Assembly: GCA_013265495.1 (NCBI GenBank)
Contig: MU058781.1
Location: forward strand, 8,413,009-8,477,008
Length of the DNA: 64,000 nucleotides
Reading direction: 5' to 3'
From: Vicugna vicugna
Lineage: Eukaryota
How positions within the stretch are numbered: position 1 is the first letter of the stretch; every line of letters begins with the position of its first letter. The notes below the pieces were generated by a model. It was given only the letters and a program-made list of their open reading frames with translations. It did not search any database and was not told where the DNA came from. Of this stretch, positions 9,956 through 23,340 are shown piece after piece. The position numbers were made by a program, and so were the translations under genes.

Positions 9956-12900
9956 AAAATGAATACTCAGAAATGTCATTGTTTTTGTAATTCAGAGAAA
10001 TGATGTAAGACCACGGGCACACTGCTCCTTTGTTGACATATATGAGGAAAATGGTTAAAAGTTTTCTAAAATGATATGTAATTAACTGTTTATACCTAAT
10101 TAACTTGAGGTTTTAAATCTATAAACCCTGGCTACCCAAAGAATGGATAAAATGGGGACATGTCAGGACGGCAGGCCCATATAGAGATGGCGGTGATGAG
10201 CTGCCCGAACGTGAGCGTGTGCCTTGAGTTGTGACCAGTTTAGATCAACTCATCCTCACTTTTTGCCCTCACTCTTCCCTTGACTCCATGGAGCTGCCAT
10301 CTCTTGGGGGCATCCTAGGCTCAGGGGCTTTTGTAGAAATGAACTGTTAATTGTCACATCAGAGGCATGCACTAGATAAATTCAGTGTTACATGCTAAGC
10401 TGTCGCACACGGGCTAGAGAAACCATAGTCAGCAGTGCTGTTTTCTGGAACAGAAAGAGCTTCATCATTTTCTGCCTCTTCTGAAAAGAAGCTGAAATTA
10501 TTTCATTCCACTTCTAGAGAATTTGGGATCTATTAATGCAAGAGACAATGGCCTGTCACAGCTGATTTAATTTAATCCAGTCATAGCAACCCGCTGATTA
10601 GACTTCGGAAAAGAACCTGCAATGCTGGAAATTTCTGTCCAAGAATGGAGAAACCATAGGTGCTGTAGCAGAGTCTTTTTTTTCCTGTACGAGTACAAAA
10701 GAAGAAAAAGGCTGAGTTCCTGTGGTTCTGTACTCAATAATCTTGCTTCTGCTGAGATAGATGGTTGGTGCCAAGTTTAAGCTAGGAGAGAATTTTTAGT
10801 CACTACATACCCCAAAATGGAAGTTTTAATATAATACAGTGCCCAGACTCGGGCAGGACAAATCGCTCCACTATAATCAGTACCCAGGGCGCCACTCGAA
10901 TCATCCTCTGAAACAAAGTGCCCTTAAATGTGGCACCGTGACCTAAGGAACCCAAGCTCGCGAACAGGAGAGGCTTATTTGTTGTTTTTCTATAAATCGT
11001 CACCTTGTATAATAGTTGGAAGAGTAGGTTCTGAGATTGATGTGCTGTGTAAAGCTAACTTGAAAACAGAAAATACTCCTCTAAGCGTAGACATGAATAA
11101 GTAACAGCACCTGGAGATTGAAAGGGTGTAGGGAAAAGTGGCTTTTACTCTCATTTCTCATAGGGAAAATGCAGTGGTTTTCTTTTGGCTCTCCTGTCCT
11201 TCATTGCCCTCCCCATATATATATCAGCCGCACCTTTAACCTCTTTCCGAAGGACTTGGACCCGTTTGGCAAGGCTTCAAATATCCATAGTTAATTTTCT
11301 GACTGGTTTCCTAGTTTAACATGACTTACATATATTCCATTTATATGTCCAGTTTACATCCACTTTCCCCGGCTGACCAACTACAATTCCTTTTTAACCA
11401 CCCACTTTCTACTAACATTTTAAACTAGGAAGAGTGAAAATCAACAATTGCCTGTGATCATCAAATCAAGTCTCTCCTAGGTTCCCACAAAACTACCCTC
11501 AGTATTGCAAGGCAAAGAAGGTAGATTGCAATTCTTATCAGGGTCTCTGTTTCACTTTGGTTTTTAAAGAAAGGAACCAGAATTCTCTGAAGTACTAAGC
11601 ATGTCGTTTAATGTATATTTTTCATGCTTGTTAGCAGCTTAAAAATAGTGTTTCAGGGGCTGTATTTACAATTTGTAAGAAGCATTTCTTTCTACTAATC
11701 ATTTTTCATGGGACTAAGAAGGGATGCTAACTGGGAAAGCAGTAAGTGTAGGAAACCACTAGCAGTATCTCCTTCCTCTTACCCTGATCCTCTCTTTGGC
11801 TTCAAAGAGTGACTTGGAAAATGTATCTTATGCAAAGAAGTTATACAACGGAAAGGGCAAAAAGGCAACAACTGGGATGGAGACAAGGAAATCAGGAGAG
11901 TGGGGATGGGGTTAAGACAGAGGAATAATGCATATAACTTTGGCTTCAGTAAGAAGGATATTGGTTTATTTTCTTTTGTCACTTCGAGCACTGCCCCCCA
12001 TAAAGCAATGCATTTTTAGAACGCAAAGAATGTGGAAGTTACAAGGATGCATTCTCAGTCTCCCCCCAGCCTTAACTGGAGGTCTGTCTTGTTGATGTGG
12101 CAGCTGCAATTGTATACAATATCCCTTTGAATGGGAAGAGATAAAGCCCACTGGTTGCCAGATTGTATCACAAAGCCCAGGCACCTTGCTTTGCTAGAGA
12201 ACCTGGGTGAAAGAGACCCGCTGTGTAGCTATGTAAACCAAGGCAGGGGGTTTATGTCTGTGGGAGGTTGACAGCAGTGAGAACTGACAGCTGATGGAAT
12301 AGGGAGGAGATAAAGAGATAGGAAGAATAAAAACAATTAACTTTAGTCTGCTTTCTGTTACTGTAGCCCAGCTGGGGCCATGTCTTGTGTCCAGGTGACA
12401 TTCTTTACACCTTGACAGTCCCTAAGAACAATATTTTAGGTTAGCATAGGAATACCTGATATTTCTGATGGTCTTTGAATCATAGCATTTGAGAGCTGTA
12501 AAGCAACAGAGTCATCATCTGACCCAATCCCCTTCATTTTGCAGGTGAGGAAATTTAAGACCCAATGCAATTAAGTTACGTGCGCAAGGTCACAAGCTAA
12601 CTACTGGCAAAACCAGAACTGAAATTGGAGGCTTGAATTCTTAGAAGAACCGTCATTCACCAAGACAAAGTCTCCTATGCCCTATATGGGAAAATCGAGA
12701 CGTATAGAATGCATTTTAGATTGCTTTCAGGAATGGCTACATTTTAAAAAATATACAGAAGTGTCCTTTGAACAGTTGGCTTTGCAGTAACAACAGCTCA
12801 TTCTCAAAGATACAAAATAAGTGAAGCTCCTTTAGATGTTCAATGAAAGGGAATTTTTTTTAATGGAAGGAATGACTGGCTCTTATAAAAACATGATAGT

Positions 12901-13904
12901 AACATTTTTAAAGCTTTATTATTTGCAAAATTTCTGCAGATATGACATTCTCAGTGCCCAAAAGTGAAACAGAGACTTCACTGAGAATAGAACCTAAAAG
13001 GATTTTTGCCACGCTCTTCAGGAGAGGGGCACAGGGTGGCTCTGGTATCGGAGGTCTGGTCCTGGGCCAGCCACATCCTAAGTGATTACTGTGGTTTTCC
13101 AGAGGTCCCAGGACCCTTGCCCAGTGACATTAGACGAGGTGCTCTTCCTCCAGAAAGATTTCTGGTTTAACAAAGTGACTGATCAGTTTAACTCTTTCAG
13201 AGGAAGTCATCGCCCCCTAAAAGCCAGAACTAATTTCCTTAAAATGTCTTCTTTTACTTGTGGAATTGAGAAAGCTTAAAAATAGAATCACTTCAAGCCC
13301 TGAAGCCTTAAAGTGAAACATAATCCAACGTGGCTCTGTCGTTCACCGACTCGTTAGCAGTGGGGATAGATGGCTCGTCTATAATCCACAAACCAGAAAG
13401 GCACCATGCGTAGATACGGTCTTGCAGCCAGTGAGCAACTGTTGGTGAGAGCTATAGTTACCAGTGGCTTCCCCTGGAGGACTTTTTGGTGGATGGAGTC
13501 CGTCTTTCGGGGAGCAGAGGACCTGAATGCCCTTGGTTCTCCCAGCCAGCTCATGCCTGGCTACACAGGAGATCCTGTTGGCTCCCCCAGCACACGCTTG
13601 ACTGCTGAGAAGCGCTTCTTCAAGCTCTAGTTTTCATGATGCTGAATGCTGTGGCTCTGGACCCTGGGGGTCACAGGAGGTCCACTCAGAGCCTGTAGAT
13701 TTCACCCCTCCCTTGCCCTTTTTCTGTGTCTGATTCTTTAAGGTCCTGGAACTATGTAAGCAGGACAGCAGCCCTATGGCCCCTTCCGCTCTGATCCTCT
13801 CTGGGTCTGGCAGCCCTTAGGAGAGGCGGAGGCTCACGTGCACCTACCCCACACCCTCCACCCAAAAGGCAAACTGAAGGGCAGTGGGGCAGCGTGGCTT
13901 GTGC

Positions 13905-14070
13905 TCTTATCAGCTGTGTGCCTGGGCAAATCACTCAACCTCTGCATCTTCATTCCCTCACCTGTAAAATGGGGACATGATAACACCTACTTCAGTGGAT
14001 CGGGACGATTACATGAGTTCATGTTTGTCACGTACCCAGACCAGCGCCTGGCCCACAGGGAGGATTCGGC
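13905..14070 (+). mobile_element. MIR SINE
   Basis: AGCTGTGTGCCTGGGCAAATCACTCAACCTCTG...CACCTGTAAAATGGGGAC. Confidence 0.8.
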
Positions 14071-16047
14071 AGACACTTGGTGGAACCGTCCTTTCCTTCC
14101 ACCGCCGTCTCTTGGGCCGGTCTTTGGTGGTTTGTTTTCTGAAGTAGCCCTCGTGTTCATGGAAGCCCCATGGCAGCTCTCTAAAAATGGCGGTGATGGG
14201 GAGGAGGAGGGACCCGTGGGGCGGTTTTCTCCTGACGCGCTCTGTAGGATCTTTGTGCCTCTTTATAAGTTGTCCGTTGACTTGGGAGAAAGAATAGAAA
14301 AATAAGCCTCCTATTATAATAGGACTTTCAGTAGTGATAGTGTCATGACTGGAACCTATTTCTGTGATTCTCTGTGTTAGTAAAGTTGGCAGTAGTAACA
14401 TGAATGGCACTGTGAACATCATCTCACTTCTGTATAGTGGACTCAGGCTGGAGACTGAACAGCAGAGATCGGGGTGTCTGAGGTCTCTGGGCCCTGGCGG
14501 AACTGGAGGCCGAGTCAGTGTGGGGGAGGGGGCTGCCTCTGGGCCTCCCTCTCCCCGTCTTACCTCCTCACTCCTCGTTTTTCGGTGTGTTCTGCCTGTT
14601 CTTCCCGCTTCCCCCTTCCCTCTCCCTCTGCCTGGCTGTTAGGAGGATACCAGAATTGCAGCCTTCATCGGCCGGCCGCTTCTGTGACTTATCAGATTAA
14701 TTACAGCCTTTTCCCCAGCATTTGAGGTGCAGAGAGATCTCGCCTTTCCAGTTCTGCTTCCCATTCTCCCAGCTGGGCTAGTGGCAGGGGGCAGAGTTCA
14801 AGGAGGCTCAGCTGCCCCTCTGGTGCGTGTGTCTGCCAGTGGATTCTTTCTCCTCCCATTCTACTTCCTGCTCTTGCTGCCATCCTTCCCGCTGGCCCAT
14901 CAGGGACACCTGCACAGGGCCTGCCCTGACTCCCAAGGGCCTTGGGCCCCTCCCTTCCCTCAAGTCACTGCTTCTTCCCTGGAGCACATCTTCACCGACC
15001 GACCGGACATCCTCATCGTCCATGTCCTTGACTTAACTCTTCCTTCAAACCCACAAGCTTCAAGAAACTACTCTGTGGTTTTCTCACCGTATCGTCCTTG
15101 CAATGCCTTCTACGTCATGGACTCTCGAATACTCGAGAAGGGGCATTTTCATTGGACACCCACAGTGTGCTTGGCACCCCAGTCTTCCTGTTGGGGATGC
15201 AAAAGAAGAATGAGGTGTGATCCGCCCACTCTTGAGTTTACAGTCTGTTTGGGGAGACAGGCTTTAAACACAAGCTGAGTCGCAAGCAAGACTAAACAGG
15301 AGTCGGATGGAAAACAAGACTCATCTAGCCCTGGGTTGTACGGTGTCGGCAGGAAGTGCCAACGGGGCCTTGAGAATGGGGAGGCCATGGCTCCTGTGGT
15401 CACCAGCCTTAGAGCGCATTCAGGTGTAAGTTTGCATCATCTGGGCACTCTTCAAGAAATACCTCCACCCAGACTCATTACAATCTCAGGGTGGGGTCCA
15501 GACATGGGTATTTTTGGAAAGTGCCCCAGATCACTTTAACGTACACTCTCAATTGGAACCACTGGGCTCGGTGGACAAGGAAGACTAGGGAGGCTCCTCA
15601 TGGCTGCGGAAAGAAACATCATGAGGCAGAAAGTAGTTAGCATAAGGAGACCAGTTGGACTGGCGTCAATATGGGGGAATGATAGGACCTAACACTGGAA
15701 ATGTTGGTAAAACTGGTCTAGAATAGAGATTGCCTTCCAACAAGGTCCAGGCAGGGAGTTAACAGTCGGGGGAAGAATGAGGGGTAGGTGGTCTGGGGCT
15801 TGGGGGCTGGGCTTGAACAAAGAAGAAATGCCCTATTAGAAGGGGGCCCTGGGACCCTGCCCCATGTGATCGCTGCCAAGCAGGCCCTGTTTGCTGCCCG
15901 ATCTTCAACTTTCTTAAAATGCCTGAAATCTACCAGTTTTAGACTATTGGCTCCATTAAAAGGGAAAATGTGTGAGCCAAACAAAATAGGTCTCGAGGCC
16001 AGATTTGGTGTAAGGGCTGCCACTCAGCCATCTCTGGTCTCTGGGGA

Positions 16048-16280
16048 TAATAATAGCTAATGTTTATCAAGTGCCCCATGCACGGAAGGCACTAAACTAA
16101 GTGCTTTCTGCGCCTTAGCACGTTATCCACACAACCTATGAAGCGGGTATTACTATCGTGCGTGTTCTGCACGGGAAGTGGCAGACAGCGAGGAGTTAAG
16201 GGGCTGGCTCGGCTCCACTGATGAGGGAGGCACCTGAAACTGAACCCCAAAGAGCCTGGCTCCGGACTCTTAGCTCGTGC
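16048..16280 (-). mobile_element. MIR SINE
   Basis: ATAATAATAGCTAATGTTTATCAAGTGCC...ACAACCTATGAAGCGGGTATTACTATC...GCCTGGCTCC is reverse-oriented MIR. Confidence 0.7.
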
Positions 16281-18439
16281 CTGGTCTTTATCCTCAAAGG
16301 TCTCTGACATTGTGTCCATTCCTAGGAGGGACCCCAGGCACGTATCAAACAGAAAGATTCCGATGTCTCTCTAGGCTTACCTGATAATAAGAATTCCTGT
16401 AGCACTTGTTCCAGATGCAGATTTCCAGGCTGCACTCTACCCTCAGTCAGAGAAGCAGCCAGAGCTTCTGGGCACAAGCAAAGGTTCTTGAAGCAGGAGT
16501 GACCAGGCAGTGCAGGAGCTGCCTGCAGACTCAATGGGTGATGCATTCATCCCACCTCCTAACTTGGACGTTGGAAAGGGCAGCCCTGCAGACCCTAGAA
16601 ACCTGGACCAGGTGCACTGGTACCCCGTGCCTATCCTCGTACCAGCTTTGGGTTTCCAGGTCATTGCCAAGGCAAACCATCCAAAGATAGGTTTACTCAA
16701 AGCCCAAAAGAGGTGGAACAAGATGGGGCCCCTGGAGTTGAGAATCTTAAGGGGTCCAAGTGAGCACTGTTGCTGCGTGCCCAGCACCAACACCACTGGG
16801 TGCCAGGGCGGCGCGCTGGACACCCTGCCCTTGAGGAGTCTACTTTATCCTATAATAGGAAGACTCTTCATTCTGTTGGGTCTGGGTCTGCCTGGAACAG
16901 GTTACCGAGTGGACAGAAAGCCAGAAATTTCCCTGGGAAGAGAACCAGGGCTACCATTTAGAATATGGATGCACCAGAGCTGGTGAGTCTGGAAGCAGGA
17001 GCAACAGTGATGGTGGGAAAAGGCAAGACGGCAGTGAGGGGCAAACCAAGGGAGAAAAGAAATACAAGACATCGACGCCCAAGACATTTCACTCCTGGGC
17101 CTGAAAGAAAGGCGCTTTTCCTCCGTTGGGGTTTGCACCGTGTGGAGGGGGGTGAGTTTGGAATGAGCCAGCTGTGAGTGATCTGCGGGCCATCCAGCTT
17201 CCTGAAAGGCTAGGACTCAGAACGTGGCTTTGGCACAGAGGTTACAGAGGAAGGCTTGATGAGCGACAGCCAGCCAAGAACTGGTCTCCCTCTCTTAAAA
17301 AAAAAAAAAAATGAATGCAATGCCTCAAAAACCTTTCATCATTTGCACTTCTCTCTCTGTACTATGGAAACGAGACAGATTCATCAGGGTGATTTTGGGG
17401 GATCCATACTGTCGGGGCTCCCGGAGACGTGCCATCAGATGTTACTTATTATGTGCTCTCCTAGGCCTGGCTCCTTCCCGGCCGCTTTGAGAAAGCCCAC
17501 GGTTTGCAGAGAGCCAGCTGGAGAGTGCCGAGCATGGGGAAAGGTCACATAATTATGTCTTGAACTAAGGTGGTTCTTTTGACCATTATTTCCTATGCTC
17601 TCTTGTTTTCCAGAGTTTAAAGAAGAGCCTTGAATTAATTTTCTTAAGCCTTAGCTTATTAAATTAAAAAAAAAGAAAGAGCCACGTAAATTCTAAGTAC
17701 CTTTATCATTGATTTTTAAATATGTAACTTCTATTTAAGCCTATTTGCAATAATCCTTGAATTAACCAGTTTTGCCGCTATATTGGGGAGCAGAACTTGT
17801 GATGATCACCCTAATAGTGGGGTAAAGTTTCAGCTTTTCCTGTTACTGTTTTCCTTGCTAGCATCTCAGACCCTCTAGTTTGGGGACTGGTCTTAGGACC
17901 CGTGGCGTGGTGGTGGGGTACGGAAGGAGTGTAAGACCAAAGGGCTGGCTCCAGAAACATGCTCTGTCACTTACCAGCATGTGACCTGTTACAAATCATA
18001 TCTATGAGCTGTAGTTACCTAAAATAGTGTTGCTGTCTCCTTCAGTGGTTGGAAGGCTTAAATGAGATGTGTTGATAGGAAAGGTACTGTGTGGTCCTAA
18101 CTTAGCGTGTGCTCCCCCCCCACCCCTCATGGTAGGAGCTCTTGAATGTTGGTTGAACCTGAACTCTCAGCATTTTTACCCACTTGAGGGAAAACAAACC
18201 AGGGGACAAACACTTCCTGAACATCCACCCTGAGCTGACTGCGGTTCCCAGGATGCTGGGTGTTTCAGTGACTAAGATGCTGTCCCTGCCCTCAGGAGAG
18301 AGGGGAGACGAAACACGTCCTTTAGCGACTAAGACAAGATAAAAGACAGCAAAGGCTGGAAGAGAGTATCAGTGAAGTGTCTCAGGCATCCAGCCTTGCG
18401 GAGGGGAGGAGAGAGAAAGCTTTTGGAAATTCGAAACTG

Positions 18440-18650
18440 GAGCAGGGTTTCAGGACTGTTGACATTTTAGCCAGAGAATTCTGTGGTGGGGAGGCTATCC
18501 TGCGCGTTGTGGGAGGCTGAGCAGCAACGTGGTCCCCACTCTCTAGATGCCAATGACATGCTCCTCGCCCCCTGGCGTGATAATCAAAATTGTCTCCGGA
18601 CAGTGTCAGCCTCCCCCCCACCTCTGCCTCCCCGTTGATGAACTACTGAG
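18440..18650. mobile_element. MER20 (hAT-Charlie) non-autonomous DNA transposon
   Basis: ACTGTTGACATTTTAGCCAGAGAATTCTGTGGTGGGG...CCACTCTCTAGATGCCA...AATCAAAATTGTCTCCGGACA. Confidence 0.8.
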
Positions 18651-19451
18651 CTAGCCCTTTAACTTTGGGGTGCCCAGCCCTCTCGTGGAACCCCAGCGCT
18701 GGGAAGCATGGTCCTGCTCTTGAGAGATGATACAGAGAAAGGATGTTCTGTGTGGCCCCCGAAACCCTGCCTGTTTTACGATCAGCCTACTATGAATGGG
18801 CCACTGGGAGTCTCTGTAACTTGGAGAAGGAAGGATCAAAGTCTGCCGTTGGGAGAACACCAAAGAAGTTTTGCATCTATCATTGCTCAACTGGGGAATT
18901 AAGAGAGACCTTCTGCTTGAGACCTTCACCACACATAATGATCTGGGCACGTCACTTCCTTTCGAACCTGTTTCCTTGCCTGTGAAATAAGGAGAATCAT
19001 AGATGGTTGTGAAACGCTGTCACTTGTGTCAAGTGCTGGGTCCTGCGCCGGCCACGCACCAGACTCTCCTGTGGGTTTGAAGTCGTCATCTCTGTGCTGT
19101 CCGCTGCTGCTGTTGCCATTGCCGTGACCAAGGTGAGCTTCCCTTTCGGAGCAGTTTGGCTGTTAGAGACCATCCCCTTGGTTGCTGGTTTTTCTGCAGC
19201 CACCTCCCTCGCTCGTCCATCCCCATGCTGGCCTCAATTTCCCCCATGGAGCATACTGATTCATTTGACCTCCTTAGCAGGTGTGTAGGGAGCATCTCGT
19301 GTACGCCAGCCCCTGTTCTCAGTGCACACCGACGAAATCCCCTGCCTTTCTGTGGCTTGGATCATGGTTGATAAAGATTTTGCCACGTAATAAATACTCT
19401 GTTCCTGTCTTTGATGAATTCTGTTCTGGTTTTTTGTTGTTGTTTCATCAA

Positions 19452-19600
19452 CAGTGGTTTTTAAATGTATGGACCCAGACTAGCAGCAGCACTTGGGAGC
19501 TTGTTAGAAATGCAAATTTTGGAGTCATACCAAGAGCTACTGAGTCAGAAGCTCTGGGTGTGGCCGGCAGCGTGGGGTTTGATAGGCCCCCCAGGAAAAG
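19452..19600. mobile_element. MER5A-like hAT-Charlie fragment
   Basis: CAGTGGTTTTTAAATGTATGGACCCAGACTAGCAGCAGCACTTGGGAGCTTGTTAGAAATGCAAATT. Confidence 0.75.
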
Positions 19601-21749
19601 ATACCTCTCAACCAGAAGGCACGAGGGGAAGCCAAGCCGTTACCGGGCTGCCGTGCTCTGCGGCGGCGTCAAAGAGGGTGTCGCTCGTAGAGTGCAGTCC
19701 CAGCAAGAGCAGAGCTTACAAAAGACGGTCTCGGGTGCATCAAGACTGGCAGCCTCCTTTGATCTCTCCCTGGGCCTGGCGTCCCTCCTCCGAATGGGAG
19801 GACTCTGGGAGGGTCCTGCGAGCCGCAGCACAGAGCTCAGGAGCAGACGTTCTTAGCCTTCTTTGGGCTTTTCAACATCCAGTGAACAGGGAGGCTGCTT
19901 CCCTCCCTTTTCTCCAGAGACTTTTGCCTTGTTTGTTTGACAGTTAATAGTCCTTCCTTTAATTCCTTCTCTTTTCATCAGCCTCTTGTCTAGCACCAGT
20001 AAAAATCCTCATATCTGTAACCAACTTGCCAGCCAGATGTACATGGCTTCTCTGGAAATGAAATGGTTGCTCTCCTTACATGGCTGGTAATTTGGGTATT
20101 TAAAGATATCATGAGGAGTAAATGAAATGAGAAACCATGGGACAGCATCCAGCCTGGAGCTGGGCACAGAGTGTCCAGCCACTTGATAAATTCCCGCCCC
20201 TATCCCCAACTCATTATGAAAACCAATAAAAGCATTAAATAGATACCATATTTCTTCATGTGCAAAGCTTTTGACTACACAGTTTGAATGGGTCTGATTA
20301 ACCCATTGATTAACCATCATATAAATTATAACCAGAATCATGGAGTTAGAAGTTTTGATCAGTTAAAACTTTCATTAAATATATGTAATTAAATAAGTTT
20401 AACTTAGACTCTCAAAAAAAATAATAGATGTTACCTGATTTTTTTCCCATGAAGATGGATTTAAAAAAAAAAAAGAAGCCCTAATTAGACTGGCAGAAAT
20501 TCTCTGTTCTGCATGAGCCCAAACCTGGGTCTGCTTGTAAGTAAGCTGTCAATTTAGGAGCCATCTTCAGTTTACAAACGCTAATTAATTACAGTTATGT
20601 TGATTATGTTAAAAGGAGTGTTCGGAATGGATTGATTCTTTTAATAAAATGCTGTATCTTGAAAATGCACACGGAAGGTCATAAGGCTTTATTACAGCGC
20701 AGGTTTGTCCCGTTGGTTCTCTTCTAAAAATGTCTCTCTGGCCGTCGGTGGGCATCTCCGCCCACTTTCCATCCACCTTCAGCCAAAACAACTTCTGGTT
20801 ACAGTGACGGTTCTAAGTGTGCCATTTGTGGTCGATTCTATTATAGAGGTTGGGAAGTGAGGCGAGCAGCACTCATTTCTCGCTTCCTGCCTTGCTCAAG
20901 AGTGAGGGTCAGCTTTTCTAAGCCCTTGACTTTCAATATTTGCTGCTCTATGTGGTACTGGTGGCTGGGGTGTGGCCCTTACCTGCCACCACCTCTGAAG
21001 GTCTGGCATGACTCAGCTCCTGCCACCCTTTCCAAAACCAGGTCTGGGGACCAGGGCCTAGGCTGGCCCTCTGCCTTGCAGAGTAACAGAGTTAGAATAG
21101 AGCCATGTCATCTACAGAGTTGAGTTTTATAAATATTTTTCAGGTGGCTCCAAACATATATCGTCACATTTGACAGCGACAAGTTGCCAAGAATTGGGCT
21201 GTCATGGTCTTGCTTTCCCTTTGCTGTAATGTAAGAATAATGTGGTTAAAATGGCCAGTTTGTCAGTGGCCCATTTTCCGCAAGGTAGGTCTCCTGCTCT
21301 TTTTGCACCTTAGAGGAGAGATCGCAATAGGACTAGATGTAGGTCCCAACTTTGCAGGATGAGGGACTCAGATTTATTGCTCTGGGGATGACTGTGTAAA
21401 TCGCATGATAAACTAGAGTGCACACTTATTAATTTACCCTGAGAAATATAGCTGCCAAGTGGACAGTTGCAGAAATTGGAATTGCCTTGGGTTCCCCATC
21501 AAAAGGTTATTAGCTGAATCAGAATAAAGGAGTTGAATCATCCTATTCATATCTTCCAGCTTCCTCTGCGGAGCTTACCTGCAGAGGCGGGAGTCCTGCT
21601 GGCTGTTTCAGGAACATGATGGACTCTGTCATTTACTCAGGTGTCCAGTGATGACTGTTACGAAACACTGTCTTGGTTGCCTTTTTTTTTTAAGTACATG
21701 TCTGATATTTAAAGAAATCAAAGGTGGTATAAGTCAACGGAGTAAAATC

Positions 21750-23340
21750 TGAAACACCCTCTCCACTCCCTCCCAGTCTTGCTTCACTTTCCAGAGGTAA
21801 CCACAACAGCTTGGTTTTTCCCTTTCATATCCATTTTCAAATATTTATTTTATATAAAGCTGCAAATTGTGGCTTGCAGTTTGTACTTAGCAAAGTATTA
21901 GACATATTTCCTTATTGATGTTCATCACTCCTTGGAATCGTTGCACTATCACCCATTATATGGAAATGCCAGAATGTAGTTAACACTTCCCGTTTGATTA
22001 TTTCTAATTTTATAAGCACTGCTACATTGAATCTCCTCATACATATGTTTTTGTGCACGTGTGTATTTCTGAAAGCTAGATTTCTTTTTTTTTAATTTTT
22101 TATTGAAGTGTAGTTGATTTATGATATATTAGTTTTGGGTGTACAGTATAATGATTCAGAATTTTTAAAGATTATATTCCATTGAAAGTTATTATGTGGG
22201 CTGGATATTCTATACATATATCGAATTTCCATCACAGGGCACATATCATAAAATGCTGGATGGATAAGGCTGAATTGTACCCCCAAAAGGCTGAACCAGT
22301 TCTTCCTCTCACCAGTGTAGAGCGTGCCTGTTTGCTCATACATTCCCCAATACTGGATGACATCAGTCTTTCTGAAGTTTTGCTGGTGATGGTTTTGCCA
22401 GTGATGCTAGATATCATCTCTTGATTTTTATTTTGTGTTTCCTTAATTATGCTACTATTATTACTGTTGCTGGTTAATATTTGTTGGGTGTTTTATGTGA
22501 CAAGATCGTTTTAAGCACTCTACATGGAATTTACTCATGAGTTCAACATCCCTGTGGGTTCGGTATGATTTTTGTCCTCATTTTGCCACCGATGAAAGAG
22601 AGATGAATTAGTAAATGTAAGCGTCTCTGCTCAATTTGTATTTTTGTGAATTGCCTCTTTGAATCCGTTATCATTTTTGTTTGTAAGGCTATTTATAATT
22701 TTCTTATGGATGTATTAAAACTTTTCAGATATTGGCCTTTCTCTGGTTTGTGTGTGTGCCGCCCACATGTGTGTGTAGTAAATTTTTTTCTATCAGTTTG
22801 TCATTTTTCTTTTAATTTTATCTACAAGATACATTTCTTTGTACAGAAGTTTTATGCATTTTTCAGTATATAAAACTACAGTCTTTATAAGTTTGGTGGC
22901 TTTTTTAGGGAGAGATTTTCCCAATCTCCAAGTTGTTATAATATTCTCTATTTTCTTCTCTTGACCTTATAATTTTATCATTTTGATATTTAACCTCTTT
23001 GGAAGGGGGTATGTGTGTGTGTAAAAGATCTGACTTTATATTTTTTCCAAATGGATAGCCGATTATACCAGTACCATTTATTAAATGGTTCATTCTTTAC
23101 CCATGAATTTGAGATACTTCTTGTCATATTTGTGTGTGTGTGTGTGTGTGCGCGCGCACACGCACATATACACACACACGTGGATCTGTGTTGATCTGCA
23201 CCTGGACCTTCTACTCTGCTCCATTGGTATCTCTGTCTCTTGCTAAGGAAATAACACACTACTTTAAGCACAGTAGCTTTATGGTATGTTTCGCTGTAAG
23301 TAGGGAAAACCCCACCCCATTTCATCTTATACTTGCTTTT
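21750..23340 (-). mobile_element. Cluster of antisense L1 fragments (old L1M with a younger L1 3' end at ~22081-22195 and a MIR)
   Basis: T-rich degenerate L1 sequence. TTTTTATTGAAGTGTAGTTGATTTA...GTGTACAGTATAATGATTCAG is a cetartiodactyl-type L1 3' end with a poly(T) tail. Confidence 0.7.
23131..23182. repeat. (TG)n(CG)n(CA)n alternating purine-pyrimidine tract
   Basis: (TG)10 CGCGCG CACACGCACATATACACACACACGTG. Confidence 0.9.
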
